Positions 7,975-8,540 of a stretch of 8,540 bases of DNA are shown piece after piece; within the stretch, counting starts at the first letter, position 1; the number at the start of each line of letters is the position of its first letter. The DNA is from Naegleria gruberi. Lineage: Eukaryota. The DNA lies in NCBI GenBank assembly GCA_000004985.1, contig GG739061.1. One strand, 5' to 3'. Position numbers and translations under genes: made by a program. Under the pieces are notes generated by a model that was given only the letters and a program-made list of their open reading frames with translations, was not told where the DNA came from and did not search any database.

Positions 7975-8511
7975 CTACATGGTGGTGGTTTTGAATCTAC
8001 TATGTTTGGTCAACCAAATGATTCCAAGAACTGAAATAATCAAAGCTGCTAACAAACTCATAATAGCACAAATCGTTAGTATTACAATATTATTCATCAG
8101 CAAACTCTTTACAAAGTAAACAGTACTGACAATGAATAGAGACACCAGAACAAACATGATACATCCCATCATGATATTCTTCTTGTTATTATCGAGTACC
8201 TTTCCCACTCGTTTCCAATAAGGTTCAGTCACCACAAGTGTTCGAATTGAGAATGACTGTTGTTTATGATATTGATCGTCACATGATAAATAACTGGAAA
8301 CTGATTCATTACAACTACAAACTGGTGACAATTCAGTGTCACAAATTAAAGCACCACTACCAAGTTTCGTCTCATAATAGTGTGCTTCGTTTTTGTAGTC
8401 AGGAGTTGTAGAAAACATGATCATTTGTTGTCCACTACTTGTAGTCGAATTTGTTGGATAGAGTGGATAGTGATCAGTTGAATTGGAATTAGATCGAGAT
8501 TGTTTGGCCAT
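7975..8511 (-). CDS. Orphan 178-aa membrane protein: hydrophilic Ser/Asn-rich N-terminus, Cys cluster (C..C.C...C), two C-terminal TM helices (hairpin)
   Basis: ATG at 8511 in 'agaaATGG' context and TAG stop at 7977-7975. The hydrophobic stretches 'IMMGCIMFVLVSLFIVSTVYFV' and 'IVILTICAIMSLLAALIISVLGIIWL' lie 7 residues apart. There is no signal peptide. I recognise no family. Confidence 0.55.
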   Translation of the reverse strand: MAKQSRSNSNSTDHYPLYPTNSTTSSGQQMIMFSTTPDYKNEAHYYETKLGSGALICDTELSPVCSCNESVSSYLSCDDQYHKQQSFSIRTLVVTEPYWKRVGKVLDNNKKNIMMGCIMFVLVSLFIVSTVYFVKSLLMNNIVILTICAIMSLLAALIISVLGIIWLTKHSRFKTTTM

Positions 8512-8540
8512 TTCTTTTGATTTGATTTGGAAATCAATCG

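Noticed and set aside
1-8540. Prokaryotic defence island or operon interpretation (the prompt hints at a novel system)
   Set aside because: The window has GT-AG introns that restore conserved protein frames, AATAAA signals at gene ends, a eukaryotic CLC with CBS domains, and Asn/Asp low-complexity tracts. It has no Shine-Dalgarno-like spacing, no operon-like co-orientation and no CRISPR repeats. It is eukaryotic nuclear DNA.

Overview
This window looks like AT-rich eukaryotic nuclear DNA, not prokaryotic. The evidence is two short GT-AG spliceosomal introns (88 and 44 nt), AATAAA signals at or next to stop codons, Asn/Asp-rich low-complexity coding, and a CLC channel with C-terminal CBS domains. 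Two N-runs, 1946-2320 (375 nt) and 4453-7365 (2913 nt), are scaffold gaps. Both fall inside genes, so every track ORF made of X residues is an artefact. Several track ORFs begin at GTG/TTG (1925, 3556, 7439), which the ORF finder reports as M; these are not real starts.

Four tightly packed genes are visible, with intergenic spacers of about 195, 300 and 265 bp:
1. 138-779 (+): an intronless 213-aa protein with an 'IPQHRIQ...VFWDK..RID' core that resembles the MJ1316/DUF504 RNA-end-recognition fold (tentative), a KKNKKNKK basic patch and an acidic Tyr-rich tail.
2. 975-3337 (-): a CLC chloride channel or transporter in at least four coding exons. It shows the GSGIP motif, a G-K-V-G-P motif spliced across a 44-nt intron (Val where the gating Glu normally sits), GGTYIP in place of GxFxP, and a C-terminal CBS pair. 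Its middle lies in the first gap.
3. 3640-7711 (+): a large gene of which only the ends are sequenced. The N-terminal 271 aa has an SV40-like SPKKKRAKV motif and the start of leucine-rich repeats. The C-terminal 115 aa carries ribonuclease-inhibitor-type LRRs ('LEYLDLVGNDIRDAGCEIL..'). The central ~2.9 kb is unsequenced, so an NLR/NACHT assignment cannot be made.
4. 7975-8511 (-): an orphan 178-aa protein with a Ser/Asn-rich N-terminus, a Cys cluster and two C-terminal transmembrane helices.

Other points of note are a 16-mer (AAACGCCACYTGWCAT) present twice in the divergent CLC/LRR promoter, palindromes at the convergent 3' ends, and an intronic 9-bp inverted repeat. There is no CRISPR array, tRNA, rRNA or recognisable mobile element.
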